From Candidatus Uhrbacteria bacterium (GTDB taxonomy: Bacteria > Patescibacteriota > Patescibacteriia > UBA9934 > GWF2-40-263): a stretch of DNA of 64,000 bases. The notes beneath the pieces are model-generated. The model was not told the DNA's origin. It saw only the letters and a list, made by a program, of their open reading frames with translations, and made no database searches. The DNA lies in assembly GCA_016188495.1 (NCBI GenBank), contig JACPHU010000013.1, positions 5,498 to 69,497 on the forward strand, in the 5' to 3' direction. The translations under genes and the position numbers were made by a program. Shown piece after piece: positions 1 to 7,616 of this stretch (its first letter is position 1; every line of letters starts with the position of its first letter).

Positions 1-434
1 GGAGTCAGGCGCTGTGCCCGTTCTTCCGGAGTTTCTGTCGTGGCTTGTGTCCAGCCTCGATCGACAACAATGCCATTTCTGTGATCTAGAGCCACGATAA
101 CCCGATTTTTAGGAAACTGCTTGAGCAATTCCGGATCAGCGTTTGTACCGATGATAATGGACTGTGCACCTGCACGCAGGAAATCCAATCCTGTTTCTAC
201 GTCCCGAATTCCTCCTCCTACCCGCACATCCGCCACGCGACAGATGTGTTCAATGAGATATCGATTGTGTTTCTTGCCCATGGCGGCATCCAGATCCACG
301 ACAGCCACAGGTCCAAACCGATTAAACCGGCGAGCCAATTCGATCGGGTTTTCCTGTGAAGTGATCATTAGGTCACGTCCCTGCCGAAGCTGGACCGCTT
401 TTCCACCACGTAGATCAATACTTGGAATGATCAT
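1..434 (-). CDS. HisA/HisF-family (beta/alpha)8-barrel isomerase. Partial: the N-terminus is at 434 and the gene runs off the window start. Not in the ORF track because it is truncated.
   Basis: The reverse-strand translation from the ATG at 434 reads MIIPSIDLRGGKAVQLRQGRDL...VADVRVGGGIRDVETG...IIIGTNA...VALDHRNGIVVDRGW. This matches the HisA pattern IIPAIDLKDG...VGGGIRS...IIGT...GLDAKDG. Confidence 0.6.
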   Translation of the reverse strand, partial: MIIPSIDLRGGKAVQLRQGRDLMITSQENPIELARRFNRFGPVAVVDLDAAMGKKHNRYLIEHICRVADVRVGGGIRDVETGLDFLRAGAQSIIIGTNADPELLKQFPKNRVIVALDHRNGIVVDRGWTQATTETPEERAQRLT

Positions 435-470
435 GCTTGATCTCTCTTTCCTTTGTTTTGAATTGTAGAG

Positions 471-503
471 AACAAAAACCGTTCTTGCGGTTGGCAAGAA
501 CGG
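471..503 (-). terminator. Intrinsic terminator downstream of the radical-SAM operon
   Basis: A perfect 10-bp stem CCGTTCTTGC/GCAAGAACGG with a 5-nt loop. On the minus strand it is followed by TTTTTGTT. Confidence 0.6.
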
Positions 504-562
504 CTAAAATTAGATGAAATGTTAGAAAATGTCAATAGATTTCTCTGCGACCTTGTCTGACA

Positions 563-1480
563 TTATCTGAGAACGAATGATCCGAGACGATCATTGGACG
601 GGAAAGAGAATTGTCGTAACAAATAGTCCTGGAGTTTTCCTTGGCTAAATGCCATATGGAGTCTTCCGTATCGGCGTTTTTTCATTTCCATGATCAAGGG
701 AACGTCGCAAGCATCCCAAACGATTCGGTCTAGGACAGGATCGTATTCTTGTTTCAACGAATAACGAGATGAAACAAGTTCGGCTACCGTCTCCGATTTC
801 TCTGGTGGAACACCGTGATCAAATACCCATTGGGAGTAGGGGTTGTCGGGTTTTCCTGTCCGAGTGTTTATATTGAGAACTTTGAGTGTTAGTCGTACAA
901 GCCGATCTCCGAACGCATTCAGGTAACGATCAATTTCGTTTGGAAGATCAGGGAGGTTTTCCTCTATAAGCGTGATGTTCAATCCAAGACGCGCTTTGCG
1001 AAACGTCTCTGTCTTCGTGTAGTCGCGCTTATATCCGCGCATGGTCATGTCGCGTTTTGGATCAAACGCACCACGCGTAAGTTCCATGGTCCAGTCCCAG
1101 AACAACTCGAATTTTTTTGTGTCCCAAAAGAGGTTCCCCCCTGTTTGAAAGAGATATTCTTCGAAGTGTTGAGTTTTTAGGGTGTCGCGGATTTTTCGCA
1201 GATCCTCATATCCCAGGAAAGAAGGTTCACCATTCCCTGAGATAATTCCCATGTTGAAGCGAATGCCTGCCCGACGCGTGTGTTCCAAACAGCAGACAAG
1301 CTCTTCAAGCTGATCATCTCCGAACGGATAATTCGTCGCTTTTCCCGTGCACCAAGGGCAATGCAGGTCGCACGCCTGTTGGTTGGTGATCACGAGAAAC
1401 TTTTCGAATCGTCTCAAACCATCTTCGTCAAAGACAAGAGGAATATCCTCTATATCGCATCCCGAATCCGGATTCATCAT
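563..1480 (-). CDS. Radical SAM enzyme (paralog 1, 305 aa), family unresolved
   Basis: The CxxxCxxC cluster is ACDLHCPWC, about 37 aa from the N-terminus. It also has the Gly-rich SAM motif ISGNGEPS, then FQTGG and LKVLNINT. There is no second Cys cluster, so no SPASM domain. The ATG overlaps the stop of the upstream paralog by 4 nt (ATGA). Confidence 0.8.
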   Translation of the reverse strand: MMNPDSGCDIEDIPLVFDEDGLRRFEKFLVITNQQACDLHCPWCTGKATNYPFGDDQLEELVCCLEHTRRAGIRFNMGIISGNGEPSFLGYEDLRKIRDTLKTQHFEEYLFQTGGNLFWDTKKFELFWDWTMELTRGAFDPKRDMTMRGYKRDYTKTETFRKARLGLNITLIEENLPDLPNEIDRYLNAFGDRLVRLTLKVLNINTRTGKPDNPYSQWVFDHGVPPEKSETVAELVSSRYSLKQEYDPVLDRIVWDACDVPLIMEMKKRRYGRLHMAFSQGKLQDYLLRQFSFPSNDRLGSFVLR

Positions 1481-2475
1481 AGCGTTTCCTCTGCAGCCAT
1501 GGCGAAGATTCGCTCGCGTTCTTGGGAGGTTGGCACACGAATCGGCTGGAGCTGATAGTCAACCAGATCTCCGCCGTAATAGACGACGTTTGCCAGGCCG
1601 TACTTGGCCCGTCGGGCATAGAGCGTGATCGGGATTTGCCGACCGCTTGGCAGGGCAGGCCCGTTCCACACATACCGATCCAAGAACGGATCAAAATTTT
1701 CTTCCAGACGGCAAAATGTCTGATCCATTGTGCGGACGACCTGATCTCCTTCGGCTTTGAGAAGCCCGTTTCGGAGAATCCATTGGGATTGAGGATTTTT
1801 CACTTCAGATTCATCGAACGTGTTGATGTTCAGAATTTTGAGATTAAGCCCTGCAAGGATATCTCCAAAACGTTCGACATATCGGTCGATAATGCTCAGT
1901 ACATCGCGTACGTTGTCTTTGAGAAGAACGATATTGAACACGACCTTTGCGCTTTTGAACGCATCGGTTTGCGTATAGTTCCCCTTATAGACAAGACCCA
2001 TCATGTCTTCTTCATCATCAACACTCAGACGTGTGATCTCGAAGGTGAACTCGCGTCCAAAGAGGTCGAACACGCGATCAATGAAGAAAATAGCGCCGCC
2101 TGTCTGGAACCGGCGATAGCCGAACAGGTGGAGTTTCTGATCGAACACCTGTTTGAGGTAAGCCAACTCTTCTACTGGCACGAGCGATGGTTCGCCGTTG
2201 CCAGAAATGGTGAGGTATTCGAACCAAATCCCATTGCGTTGACACTCATCCAACCGAGCAGACATCAATTCCCATCGATCTTCAACCCGTGGCCAACGAG
2301 TGATCATTGCCGTACAAAATGGGCATTTTTTGTTGCACAGATACGGATTTTCTCCCGATGCAATGGTATCTTTTCGAAACCCGCTTGTGACGACCATGAA
2401 GGTCTTATAGATGAGTTTTTCAGTTTCTGGGCACACGGCATGAGGTTGCCCATCCAAAACGACAAGTTGTTTCAC
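1477..2475 (-). CDS. Radical SAM enzyme (paralog 2, about 333 aa from a GTG start; the ORF track extends it to 2688)
   Basis: CNKKCPFC, ISGNGEPS, FQTGG and LKILNINT align with the downstream paralog. The preferred start is GTG at 2475, which has an AAAGGGG Shine-Dalgarno sequence 5 nt upstream and a TTGACA-17-TATAAA promoter at 2522-2550. The extra 71 aa of the longer ORF are low-complexity and basic. Confidence 0.7.
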   Translation of the reverse strand: MKQLVVLDGQPHAVCPETEKLIYKTFMVVTSGFRKDTIASGENPYLCNKKCPFCTAMITRWPRVEDRWELMSARLDECQRNGIWFEYLTISGNGEPSLVPVEELAYLKQVFDQKLHLFGYRRFQTGGAIFFIDRVFDLFGREFTFEITRLSVDDEEDMMGLVYKGNYTQTDAFKSAKVVFNIVLLKDNVRDVLSIIDRYVERFGDILAGLNLKILNINTFDESEVKNPQSQWILRNGLLKAEGDQVVRTMDQTFCRLEENFDPFLDRYVWNGPALPSGRQIPITLYARRAKYGLANVVYYGGDLVDYQLQPIRVPTSQERERIFAMAAEETL

Positions 2476-2521
2476 GCTTTCCCCTTTCTTTTTTCGTTGT
2501 ACTGTCCGATTCGGACGAAGG

Positions 2522-2550
2522 TTTATATGAGTTTTTTGTATTTCTGTCAA
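2522..2550 (-). promoter_or_regulatory. Sigma70-like promoter for the radical-SAM operon
   Basis: On the minus strand, TTGACA (2550-2545), then a 17-nt spacer, then TATAAA (2527-2522). It lies about 50 nt upstream of the GTG start. Confidence 0.5.
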
Positions 2551-2565
2551 TGGCACGTGGTCGCT

Positions 2566-2597
2566 AAAATGAATAACCCCGCCGCAAGCGGACGGGG
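2566..2597 (-). terminator. Intrinsic terminator just upstream of the radical-SAM promoter
   Basis: On the minus strand, a GC-rich stem CCCCGTCCGC/GCGGCGGGG with one bulge and loop TTGC, followed by UUAUUCAUUUU. Confidence 0.5.
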
Positions 2598-2599
2598 TA

Positions 2600-2808
2600 T
2601 CACGCTTCATATTCCCTGAGCGGAGGTTCGTTCGACGAACCGGAGTCGAAGGGCTCATATGCAGCCTTCGACCGTTCGACAAGCTCACGACAGACAGGCT
2701 CAGGCAATAATACGCAGCCGTTCGATCTACTCACGACAGGCAAGCTGACGGGGTATTTACTCTGAGGGAATAAAAAACCCTCCAATGGTTTGAGATGTTT
2801 TGGAAGGT
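2600..2808 (-). repeat. GC-rich structured spacer with hairpins and direct repeats. Probably a degenerate relative of the palindromic element family at 9945 and 30431.
   Basis: There is a perfect hairpin GGTTCGT-TCG-ACGAACC at 2625-2641. Direct repeats ccgttcga...ctcacgacag...caggc occur at about 2670-2705 and 2713-2750. The motif gacggggtat is duplicated. Segments GCCCtTCGACTCCG and TCTGTCGT are shared with elements A and B. Confidence 0.45.
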
Positions 2809-3501
2809 TTATCGTAGGATGGGAGAAAAACGAGTGATCGAACAATTGTCGAGGAATTGTTGCTCTTCTGGTACGAGTGTATGACCGTCATGGATTTTGG
2901 AGAATAACCAGACGATCTGATAGGCAACTTCTGGTTCTTTTGCGAAGAACACTTGTTGGCCGAGTCGTGGGTTGTCCTTGAGCAAATGAAACATCTCACA
3001 CACGACCAGGATTTTTTTCGCTAATTCCTCCGAAGGATCAAGTAAAACCAAAGGAGGGAGAAATAGCTTCTTGTTTTTGTAGATGTTAATGCTGTGTAGA
3101 GCGGTTATCGCCTCTAGAAATGTGCCCATCCTGCCAGGAAGGCAGATGTAGGCAAAAGATCCGTCAATCAGCTTTTGAATTTTTTTGGACAATGTAGAGA
3201 CGATCTGTATGTTTCCGATCTCCATCGGTCCCCACATGTGCATTGCGTAACCGATAGGTTCCAGATTTTTTCGTTTCTGTTTTTGTGCCAGCTCGTACGC
3301 GGTTAGAGTTGCCACTTCCATTGTTCCAGCTTTTTGGCCTCCTGTTGCGATTCGAAAGCCGTTTTCTGTCAGACGGACCGTTATTTCTTTGGCAAGCACA
3401 CATGCTTCGCCCGTCTCATCAACAGCTGTGCCAAAGAGAGAAACAGTTTTCGGTTTTTTGCTCACGAGTTCTCCTGTTTTAGACAAATTGATAAAGGACA
3501 A
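2809..3501 (-). CDS. LOG-family (TIGR00730-like) Rossmann-fold nucleotide-binding or nucleotide N-glycosidase-like protein, divergent
   Basis: ICLPGRMGTFLEAITA matches the LOG PGGxGTxEE motif. TGGQKAGTM matches the GGGxxGxM region. Size is 230 aa. Confidence 0.55.
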   Translation of the reverse strand: MSFINLSKTGELVSKKPKTVSLFGTAVDETGEACVLAKEITVRLTENGFRIATGGQKAGTMEVATLTAYELAQKQKRKNLEPIGYAMHMWGPMEIGNIQIVSTLSKKIQKLIDGSFAYICLPGRMGTFLEAITALHSINIYKNKKLFLPPLVLLDPSEELAKKILVVCEMFHLLKDNPRLGQQVFFAKEPEVAYQIVWLFSKIHDGHTLVPEEQQFLDNCSITRFSPILR

Positions 3502-3547
3502 ACGACGGACGGTTAAAACTAGAGTTGTTTCCCCGATTTGTCAATGG

Positions 3548-3585
3548 TTTTCGGATTCGTTTTCGGATTCGTGTTTTCGGATTCG
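3548..3585. repeat. Three direct repeats of TTTTCGGATTCG upstream of the LOG gene
   Basis: Copies lie at 3548-3559, 3560-3571 and 3574-3585. They sit 47-85 nt upstream of the LOG ATG and just upstream of a possible TTGACA -35 box at 3539-3544 on the minus strand. Confidence 0.5.
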
Positions 3586-3607
3586 AAGCCTTGAGGAGTT
3601 CATGTGT

Positions 3608-4456
3608 TCATCGGGTTTTTATTTTTTGCAATTCGTAGGCTTTTAGAATATTCACTAAAAGCATCGCCACGGTCATAGGGCCTACGCCCCCTGGAACGGG
3701 CGTGATGGCGCTGATGATGTCTTTTACCGACTCCAAATCGACATCGCCCACAAGACCTTCTGGTGTTCGGGTGGTTCCTACATCGATCAAGATAGCATCT
3801 GGTTTCACAAAATCTTTTGTGATGAGTCCAGGAATGCCTTCTGCGACAATCAATAGATCGGCTTGTGTTGTTTTGTCTGCAAGATGTTTATCTTCTGCTT
3901 GAGTCACAGTTGTTTGAACACCTGATTCTTTTAAGAGAATTTCAAGAGGCTCAGCAAACAGGGGGGAGGACACGATCGTTGCATGGGGAGGAAGGGGTCC
4001 TGTTCCAACGGCTTCACGAATAAGGCGCATCACACCCAGGGCTACGGCAGAAATTAAAGATGGTTGGTGAGCTCTGAGTTTTTCGAGGTTAGCAGGATGA
4101 AATCCATCAACATCTTTGAGAGGATTGATGGCAAAAATAACGTTATTTGCATTTTGAGAGGGGAGAGGCAACTGCACTAAAATGCCATGGATATCATTTC
4201 GTCTATTAAGTTCTTGAATGTTATTGATGAGCGTTTGTTCGGGTTCCGTGGCCGGATACAAAAATAATTCAAAATGAATTCCTACCTCTTCGCAAGCCTT
4301 TCGTTTCAGCTGGACATAGATGTGCGATGCAGGATCATCTCCAACTAAAAGAATGGCCAGTCCAGGGGTGGAAGGCATCGTTTGGACACGGGCTTGGATT
4401 TTTTTTTGAATGCGCGCGGCAAGCGCTTTCCCGTTTAAAATATGAGACATAGACAA
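3608..4456 (-). CDS. folD: Bifunctional methylenetetrahydrofolate dehydrogenase/cyclohydrolase
   Basis: The N-terminus ILNGKALAARIQKKIQARV and overall FolD architecture are present, with VGDDPASHIYV. Confidence 0.9.
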   Translation of the reverse strand: MSMSHILNGKALAARIQKKIQARVQTMPSTPGLAILLVGDDPASHIYVQLKRKACEEVGIHFELFLYPATEPEQTLINNIQELNRRNDIHGILVQLPLPSQNANNVIFAINPLKDVDGFHPANLEKLRAHQPSLISAVALGVMRLIREAVGTGPLPPHATIVSSPLFAEPLEILLKESGVQTTVTQAEDKHLADKTTQADLLIVAEGIPGLITKDFVKPDAILIDVGTTRTPEGLVGDVDLESVKDIISAITPVPGGVGPMTVAMLLVNILKAYELQKIKTR

Positions 4457-4467
4457 CAGTAAAGATT

Positions 4468-4495
4468 ATTTTACACGAAAACCCTTTTTTTTCAA
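4468..4495 (-). promoter_or_regulatory. Sigma70-like promoter for folD with a very short leader
   Basis: On the minus strand, TTGAAA (4495-4490), a 16-nt spacer, then TAAAAT (4473-4468). The -10 box ends only about 11 nt before the folD ATG. Confidence 0.35.
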
Positions 4496-4527
4496 TTAAA
4501 AAATGCATCGTAAGATGCATCGTAGAG

Positions 4528-5484
4528 TTAGAATTTCGCCGAAATTCGTTGGCAGATACACCAACTATTTAGTTCTGTGAGTCTGGACTCATGGATGGTC
4601 AGGACTTCGTATGGCTCCTCCACGATCGTTTTGGGGACTACTGGATCGAACCGTTCAATGAGCGGACTGGCTCCATGCGGTCGATAGGGAACGATGCGCA
4701 GATGGACATATCCCAGCCGCTGGTTCATCCCAATAACGGGGGTCACGTCCCATGGTGTTTGAGTTTTCATGGCTGTGACAGTTCCGCCGACCTCGCCCTT
4801 CCACAGACGCGCCATTGAGATTCCGATAGAACCATCAGCGGTTTCCGCGTCTTTGAACAACCCGGTATGGACCATATCCTGCACAATTTTAGAGCGTCTG
4901 TGCAGCATGCTTCGCAGAAGGAGATATTGTTCTCGGAGAGGGGTTTCGGGATTTGCTACCATCGGTTGAACACGTTCCTGACGCAGCAAAAGACGATGGG
5001 TTTTGCTGGAGCCCGGACGGAAATAATACATCTCCTGGCTATTGACGTCGCCGATACACACAGCAACGACTTTCCCATTTACCACAAGTGCCGACATGGT
5101 TCCAATGCCATGAGACTGTTTTCGATCCAGTGCTGAAGTTCCATCGTAAGGATCGAAGACGAAGTAAATATCCATTCCCTCAAGTGCACAAGGAATATTA
5201 AGTTTGTGTTCCTCTCCGATGAGACCGAATCCGAAAGGTTTTACAAACTGTTCTGTTATGAGTTTCTGATACATGTCAGAAGCCGCAATATCTGCCTTGC
5301 TTACCTTATCGGGACTCCCGTCCTCCTTGAGTCCCTTTATCGTAAATTCGTTATGAAACTGGAATGCCGGAAATCCCATGATGACACGCCTTGCGCATTC
5401 CTTCATCAGGTTACCAATCTGAGAAGCCATCATCTCAACAAAGGCTTCCCCACCCATTACTTCCACGAGCCTTTTTGCATTCAT
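4528..5484 (-). CDS. Inositol monophosphatase-family phosphatase (SuhB/HisN-like)
   Basis: The metal-binding motif FDPYDGT (DPxDGT) is present, along with EEH and the IMPase fold pattern. The start is reset to the ATG at 5484 (MNAKRLVEV), which has an AAGGAG Shine-Dalgarno sequence 9 nt upstream. The ORF-track start at 5541 reads through that RBS. Confidence 0.75.
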   Translation of the reverse strand: MNAKRLVEVMGGEAFVEMMASQIGNLMKECARRVIMGFPAFQFHNEFTIKGLKEDGSPDKVSKADIAASDMYQKLITEQFVKPFGFGLIGEEHKLNIPCALEGMDIYFVFDPYDGTSALDRKQSHGIGTMSALVVNGKVVAVCIGDVNSQEMYYFRPGSSKTHRLLLRQERVQPMVANPETPLREQYLLLRSMLHRRSKIVQDMVHTGLFKDAETADGSIGISMARLWKGEVGGTVTAMKTQTPWDVTPVIGMNQRLGYVHLRIVPYRPHGASPLIERFDPVVPKTIVEEPYEVLTIHESRLTELNSWCICQRISAKF

Positions 5485-5561
5485 GAGTATTCGCTCCTTA
5501 TTTAGGGGGTTTTCAAGTAATGTGGAGACCAAAGATAGCATGTGATATGCTTTTTGTCAAT

Positions 5562-6158
5562 ATGAAACGACTTATTTTTGCTACGCACAACACAGGAAAA
5601 GTGAGAGAAATGCAGCAGCTTCTTTCTGATATGGATATTCATGTTCTTAGTGCTGAACAAGCGGGTATTTTGGAAGACGTAGAAGAGGATGGAGAGACCT
5701 TTGAACAAAATGCTTTAAAGAAAGCCCGATTTGTTGCCAGCAAAAGTCAGGAATGGTCTGTGGGTGATGACTCGGGTATTACCATTGATGCTCTGGGAGG
5801 ACGTCCAGGTATTTTTACGGCTCGTTGGGCTGGCGAAGGGGCAAGCGATGAACAATTGATTGATCATACGCTTGATCAGTTGAAGGAAGTACAAGAAAGG
5901 GATCGAGGAGCGTCTTTTTATTCTGTCATCGCACTAGTGTCTCCTCAAGGAGAAGAGTATCTTTTTGAGGGTGTTGTTGAAGGAGATGTTACTCTTGAGC
6001 CTCGTGGACAGCATCTTCCTAAGCTTCCTTATGATGTGATTTTTCAACCAAAGGGTTTTGAACAAACGTTTGGAGAGATGTCAGAACAGGAGAAAAATCA
6101 GTTAAGCCTTCGAGGAAGAGCGTTTGAAAAATTGAAACTTTTTTTGAGGACAAAATGA
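5562..6158 (+). CDS. rdgB: Non-canonical purine NTP pyrophosphatase (RdgB/Ham1)
   Basis: MKRLIFATHNTGKVREMQQLL matches the RdgB N-terminus. Length is about 198 aa. The start was trimmed from the ORF-track start at 5520 to the ATG at 5562. Confidence 0.85.
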   Translation: MKRLIFATHNTGKVREMQQLLSDMDIHVLSAEQAGILEDVEEDGETFEQNALKKARFVASKSQEWSVGDDSGITIDALGGRPGIFTARWAGEGASDEQLIDHTLDQLKEVQERDRGASFYSVIALVSPQGEEYLFEGVVEGDVTLEPRGQHLPKLPYDVIFQPKGFEQTFGEMSEQEKNQLSLRGRAFEKLKLFLRTK

Positions 6159-6162
6159 ATAT

Positions 6163-6190
6163 AAAAAAGAGAGCATAAGCTCTCTTTTTT
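6163..6190. terminator. Bidirectional intrinsic terminator between convergent rdgB and glyA
   Basis: Stem AAGAGAGC/GCTCTCTT with loop ATAA, flanked by an A-run on one side and a T-run on the other. Confidence 0.65.
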
Positions 6191-6194
6191 CTAT

Positions 6195-7436
6195 TTAGTA
6201 ATGAAGATCGGGATAAAGAGGGAAGTGGCTAGTGAGGTTTTTCACCTCTTCTGCGATTGCGATAAGTTTTGTGTTGTCATCCCAGTGAGTAATCGCTTCG
6301 TCGATCCAACGTCCGATTTGTTTCATTTCCTCCTCTTTCATTCCGCGGGTGGTCAGAGCCGGAGTTCCTAAACGGATACCGGATGGGTCCATCGGGGATC
6401 TTGTATCGTCTGGAATCATGTTTTTATTTACGGTGATTCCTGCTTTATCCAGAGCTGTTTCTGCTTGTTGACCCGTGACTCCTTTGGGGGTTACGTCTAC
6501 TAGCAAAAGATGGTTATCCGTTCCTCCGAACATCAGTTTATATCCTTTTTCTTGGAAAATCCCTTCAAGCACTTTTGCATTTTTCTTTATTTGTTGTGCG
6601 TATGTTTTGAATTCTGGGAGAGCGGCTTCTTTAAACGCTACGGCTTTGGCCGCAATGACGTTTTCGTGTGGACCTCCCTGAAGGCCTGGGAAGACAGCTT
6701 TATCAACGGCTTTTTTATGTTCTTCCTTGCACATGATCATTCCGCCTCGTGGACCTCGGAGCGTTTTGTGAGTGGTTGTTGAAACAAGATCAAACAGGGG
6801 AACCGGATTGTTCATTTCTCCTGCGGCGATCAGTCCTGCAATATGGGCGATATCCGCCATGGTTCGCGCACCTACTTCATCAGCAATCTTTTTGATGCGT
6901 GCATAATCGATCTCTCGAGAATACCCAGAATAACCAACCAAGATTAAGTGCGGTTTATGGGTATGGGCCATTTTTTCAATCTCATCGTAATCAATGATTC
7001 CCTCTGGAGTTGTCTTGTATCGGATAAAATTCCAGACTCCGGCGATAAACGTGACGGGATGGCCGTGAGTCAGGTGGCCTCCATGAGAAAGATCCATTCC
7101 GAGAATCGTTCCTCCGGGAGGAACCAGAGCCACATAAGAGGCAAGGTTCGCTGGGGCTCCCGAGAGCGGTTGGACATTGACATGTTCGGCGCCAAAGAGG
7201 TGTTTTGCTCGATCTATCGCCAGTTGTTCCACCACATCAATCTCCTGGCATCCGCCGTAATAGCGTTTGCCGGGGTAACCTTCGGAGTATTTATTTGTGG
7301 CGATGGATCCAAGCGCTTCCAACACCGCAGAGGAAACAAAATTTTCAGAAGGGATCATCTCAAGGCCGTTTTGTTGTCGTACAAGTTCTCGATTCAGAGC
7401 AGAAGAAAGATCCGGGTCAAAAGAAGAAAGTGTCAT
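6195..7436 (-). CDS. glyA: Serine hydroxymethyltransferase
   Basis: EMIPSENFVS, the PLP-lysine region and full-length GlyA (413 aa). Confidence 0.95.
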   Translation of the reverse strand: MTLSSFDPDLSSALNRELVRQQNGLEMIPSENFVSSAVLEALGSIATNKYSEGYPGKRYYGGCQEIDVVEQLAIDRAKHLFGAEHVNVQPLSGAPANLASYVALVPPGGTILGMDLSHGGHLTHGHPVTFIAGVWNFIRYKTTPEGIIDYDEIEKMAHTHKPHLILVGYSGYSREIDYARIKKIADEVGARTMADIAHIAGLIAAGEMNNPVPLFDLVSTTTHKTLRGPRGGMIMCKEEHKKAVDKAVFPGLQGGPHENVIAAKAVAFKEAALPEFKTYAQQIKKNAKVLEGIFQEKGYKLMFGGTDNHLLLVDVTPKGVTGQQAETALDKAGITVNKNMIPDDTRSPMDPSGIRLGTPALTTRGMKEEEMKQIGRWIDEAITHWDDNTKLIAIAEEVKNLTSHFPLYPDLHY

Positions 7437-7616
7437 ATCAGTTGTAAAACCAAAACATGAGTTAAAAAGGGTTCATGTGTGTCTTACAAGAAGATTATGA
7501 CATAGGTTTGATGTTAGACTCTTTTACTATGTTCGTATTCTACGAGACCTGAGCTGGATTGACAATCTGTCCAAAATAACGATTGAATTGAACTTCTTAT
7601 GATAAAATCATCTTGT

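Noticed and set aside
121-468. 115-aa plus-strand ORF at the window start
   Set aside because: It is antisense to the well-supported HisA-like reading frame and has low-complexity Ser/Arg/Pro composition.
1522-2619. 365-aa plus-strand ORF
   Set aside because: It is entirely antisense to radical-SAM paralog 2 and has no motif.
2625-2641. GGTTCG...CGAACC resembling a tRNA T-arm
   Set aside because: No acceptor, D or anticodon arms can be built around it. It is a simple 7-bp hairpin within the structured spacer.
2600-2845. 81-aa minus-strand ORF upstream of the radical-SAM genes, considered as a possible RiPP precursor peptide
   Set aside because: The radical-SAM enzymes lack SPASM or auxiliary clusters. 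The ORF overlaps the LOG gene 3' end by 37 nt. The region is dominated by hairpins and repeats and contains a terminator and promoter. It is more consistent with non-coding structured DNA.
4500-4525. Direct repeat ATGCATCGTAAG / ATGCATCGTAGA upstream of folD
   Set aside because: It is short, there are only two copies, and it lies in the folD promoter region. It could be an operator, but the evidence is too thin to call.
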